Positions 62,401-64,000 of a stretch of 64,000 bases of DNA are shown here, piece by piece. The notes beneath the pieces were generated by a model that had not been told where the DNA came from, did no database searches, and saw nothing but the letters and a program-made list of their open reading frames with translations. Numbering within the stretch: position 1 is the first letter of the stretch; every line of letters begins with the position of its first letter. The position numbers were made by a program, and so were the translations under genes. This DNA is from Ophelia neglecta (lineage: Eukaryota), in contig OZ260662.1 of the NCBI GenBank assembly GCA_965285935.1, positions 93,124,001-93,188,000 on the forward strand, written 5' to 3'.

Positions 62401-64000
62401 TTTACATATCAGCTGTGAATTCAGTCATCAGGTTTCTAGATCAAAGCAGCATAGGCCAAACGTATGTACTAGTGTGTATTGAAGCTGGTCATAGAATTGT
62501 CCCCCCTATCACCCTGTGAAGACTAGAGTAAAAGATGTGAATATGGAATGGCACACTCTTATCGTGTATAAGCTTTTAAAAACAAAGGGACATATTCAAT
62601 TATTTATTTGATATCTGACCAGAAATATTTATGGTACATTTTTTTATTGCCGCCGATGCAAAATTTCTACAGAGTTTTTGTTAAATCACATTTAGTTTGG
62701 AAAAATTAGCTCATTCGTGGATTTAAGACACTATGTGGTTAAAAATAGATGTGCGACTTATAGTAGTAGTGGGGTGAGCTGTAATAGCCCAATCTAACCC
62801 CTAAACTTGAGAGCGCTTCAAGGATCAGGGCCCTAGGCCTCAGCTTTAAATTAAAGGTTTTTAAAAATAGCTGATATATTGGATTTTCTATAATTAAAAT
62901 TAATTGGTTTTAAATGTCATCTTAAGATATGATCGTTCAATAGTTTAGCAGCCTGATGGAATGATGTGTTTCACAGACTGAACCATTTGTTTGTTACTGC
63001 ATGTATATTGAGCAGGTTTTGTCCCACCCAGTTTTTTTGAAAAGATAATTAATAAGCTAATAGTATCATCTATTATATAGTAAACTGCTTAAAATTGTCC
63101 AAAAACTGTTGAAGCAGAATTACTTGGTAAATGAAAGGATTACCAATGACAAATCATATAGACTATTTGTGTTATGCATGCAGGCAATTTTGAATGGATT
63201 TTATTTTTGATCCTACATGTATTGTAGGATCATTCCTTCAGGTATTCGGATACTCTCTGTCAATTATATCAAAAGTGTACCTATCAATTTTTACAAAATC
63301 TCAAGACTAATATACAATTCAGTGAACAATACATATTGCACTAAACACACTGGAATGGTGGAAATATGATACACACTCAGTGGAAGAAAGGAGAAAGAGT
63401 GAAACACGTTTTATCACAGTCCTCGCGAGCTGTGAACGCCTGTAGTAATTCTCTGAAGCAACATGGACTTACTGGGTTGTTTTGAGATGGATCATACAAC
63501 AACAGTTTATTGAAATGTGTTACGGCTACATAAGAAACTTCAATGTCACTGTGATAAAAATGCATAATCAATCAAAAGGAAGAATCTGCTATTATTAAGA
63601 TGTATTAAATATCAAGTTACTTAAATGTACATATACATGTGAATTTCATAGAAATGTATTACAAAATGTACTATTGATAGTGCACATTGGATTTTGGGAA
63701 TGGCAGATCAAAATTGCTCCTTAGAATGTGTGTGTTGTGCTATATTGAAGTAGAGCAGAATTGCAGAGGTTACAAAATTATCCAAACAAAAATTGTCCAA
63801 AAGTCTATAAACAACTCCAATTGTCACAGAATAATTCATTTTAATGAATCTGAGGAATTTACTAGATTTTGGCCTGCTAGCCCGTACCACCTTTTGATAA
63901 ACATTAAAATCTGAACAACAATGTAAAGTTGTAATTATTGTTATATCTTATCAATTAATAGTCATACCGGTATCTGATTTCAAATAAAATAAAGAAAACA

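Overview
AT-rich, intron-rich animal genomic DNA. It is probably from a mollusc or other lophotrochozoan, inferred from the TACATGTA-rich introns and repeat types. Four spliced protein-coding genes can be reconstructed by hand with phase-consistent GT-AG junctions. (1) A 14-coding-exon minus-strand gene (17118->125, ~646 aa) for a U1/matrin-type multi-zinc-finger protein with Tyr/Gly/Ser low-complexity regions. (2) CDCA7 on the plus strand (21543-25237, zf-4CXXC_R1 domain), with a frame-scrambled candidate first exon at 20396-20593. (3) A 3-exon minus-strand multi-pass membrane protein (29390->27226, 254 aa, starting MIQVDVFWS). (4) NEK10 on the plus strand (39871-58114, ~1230 aa, ARM region plus kinase). 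Introns and intergenic DNA hold several TA-flanked Tc1/mariner-pogo-type MITEs, a hAT MITE with an 8-bp TSD, a 1.4-kb TIR element and three minisatellites. The most striking structure is a 41-bp tandem array built from the last 33 nt of a zinc-finger exon plus its 5' splice site, giving 21 donor sites in a row. The same gene also has a candidate poison exon and a recursive-splice-like junction. A two-copy exon-end/donor duplication occurs in CDCA7, and NEK10 has a cluster of phase-compatible candidate alternative first exons. All gene models are manual and unverified by transcript data.
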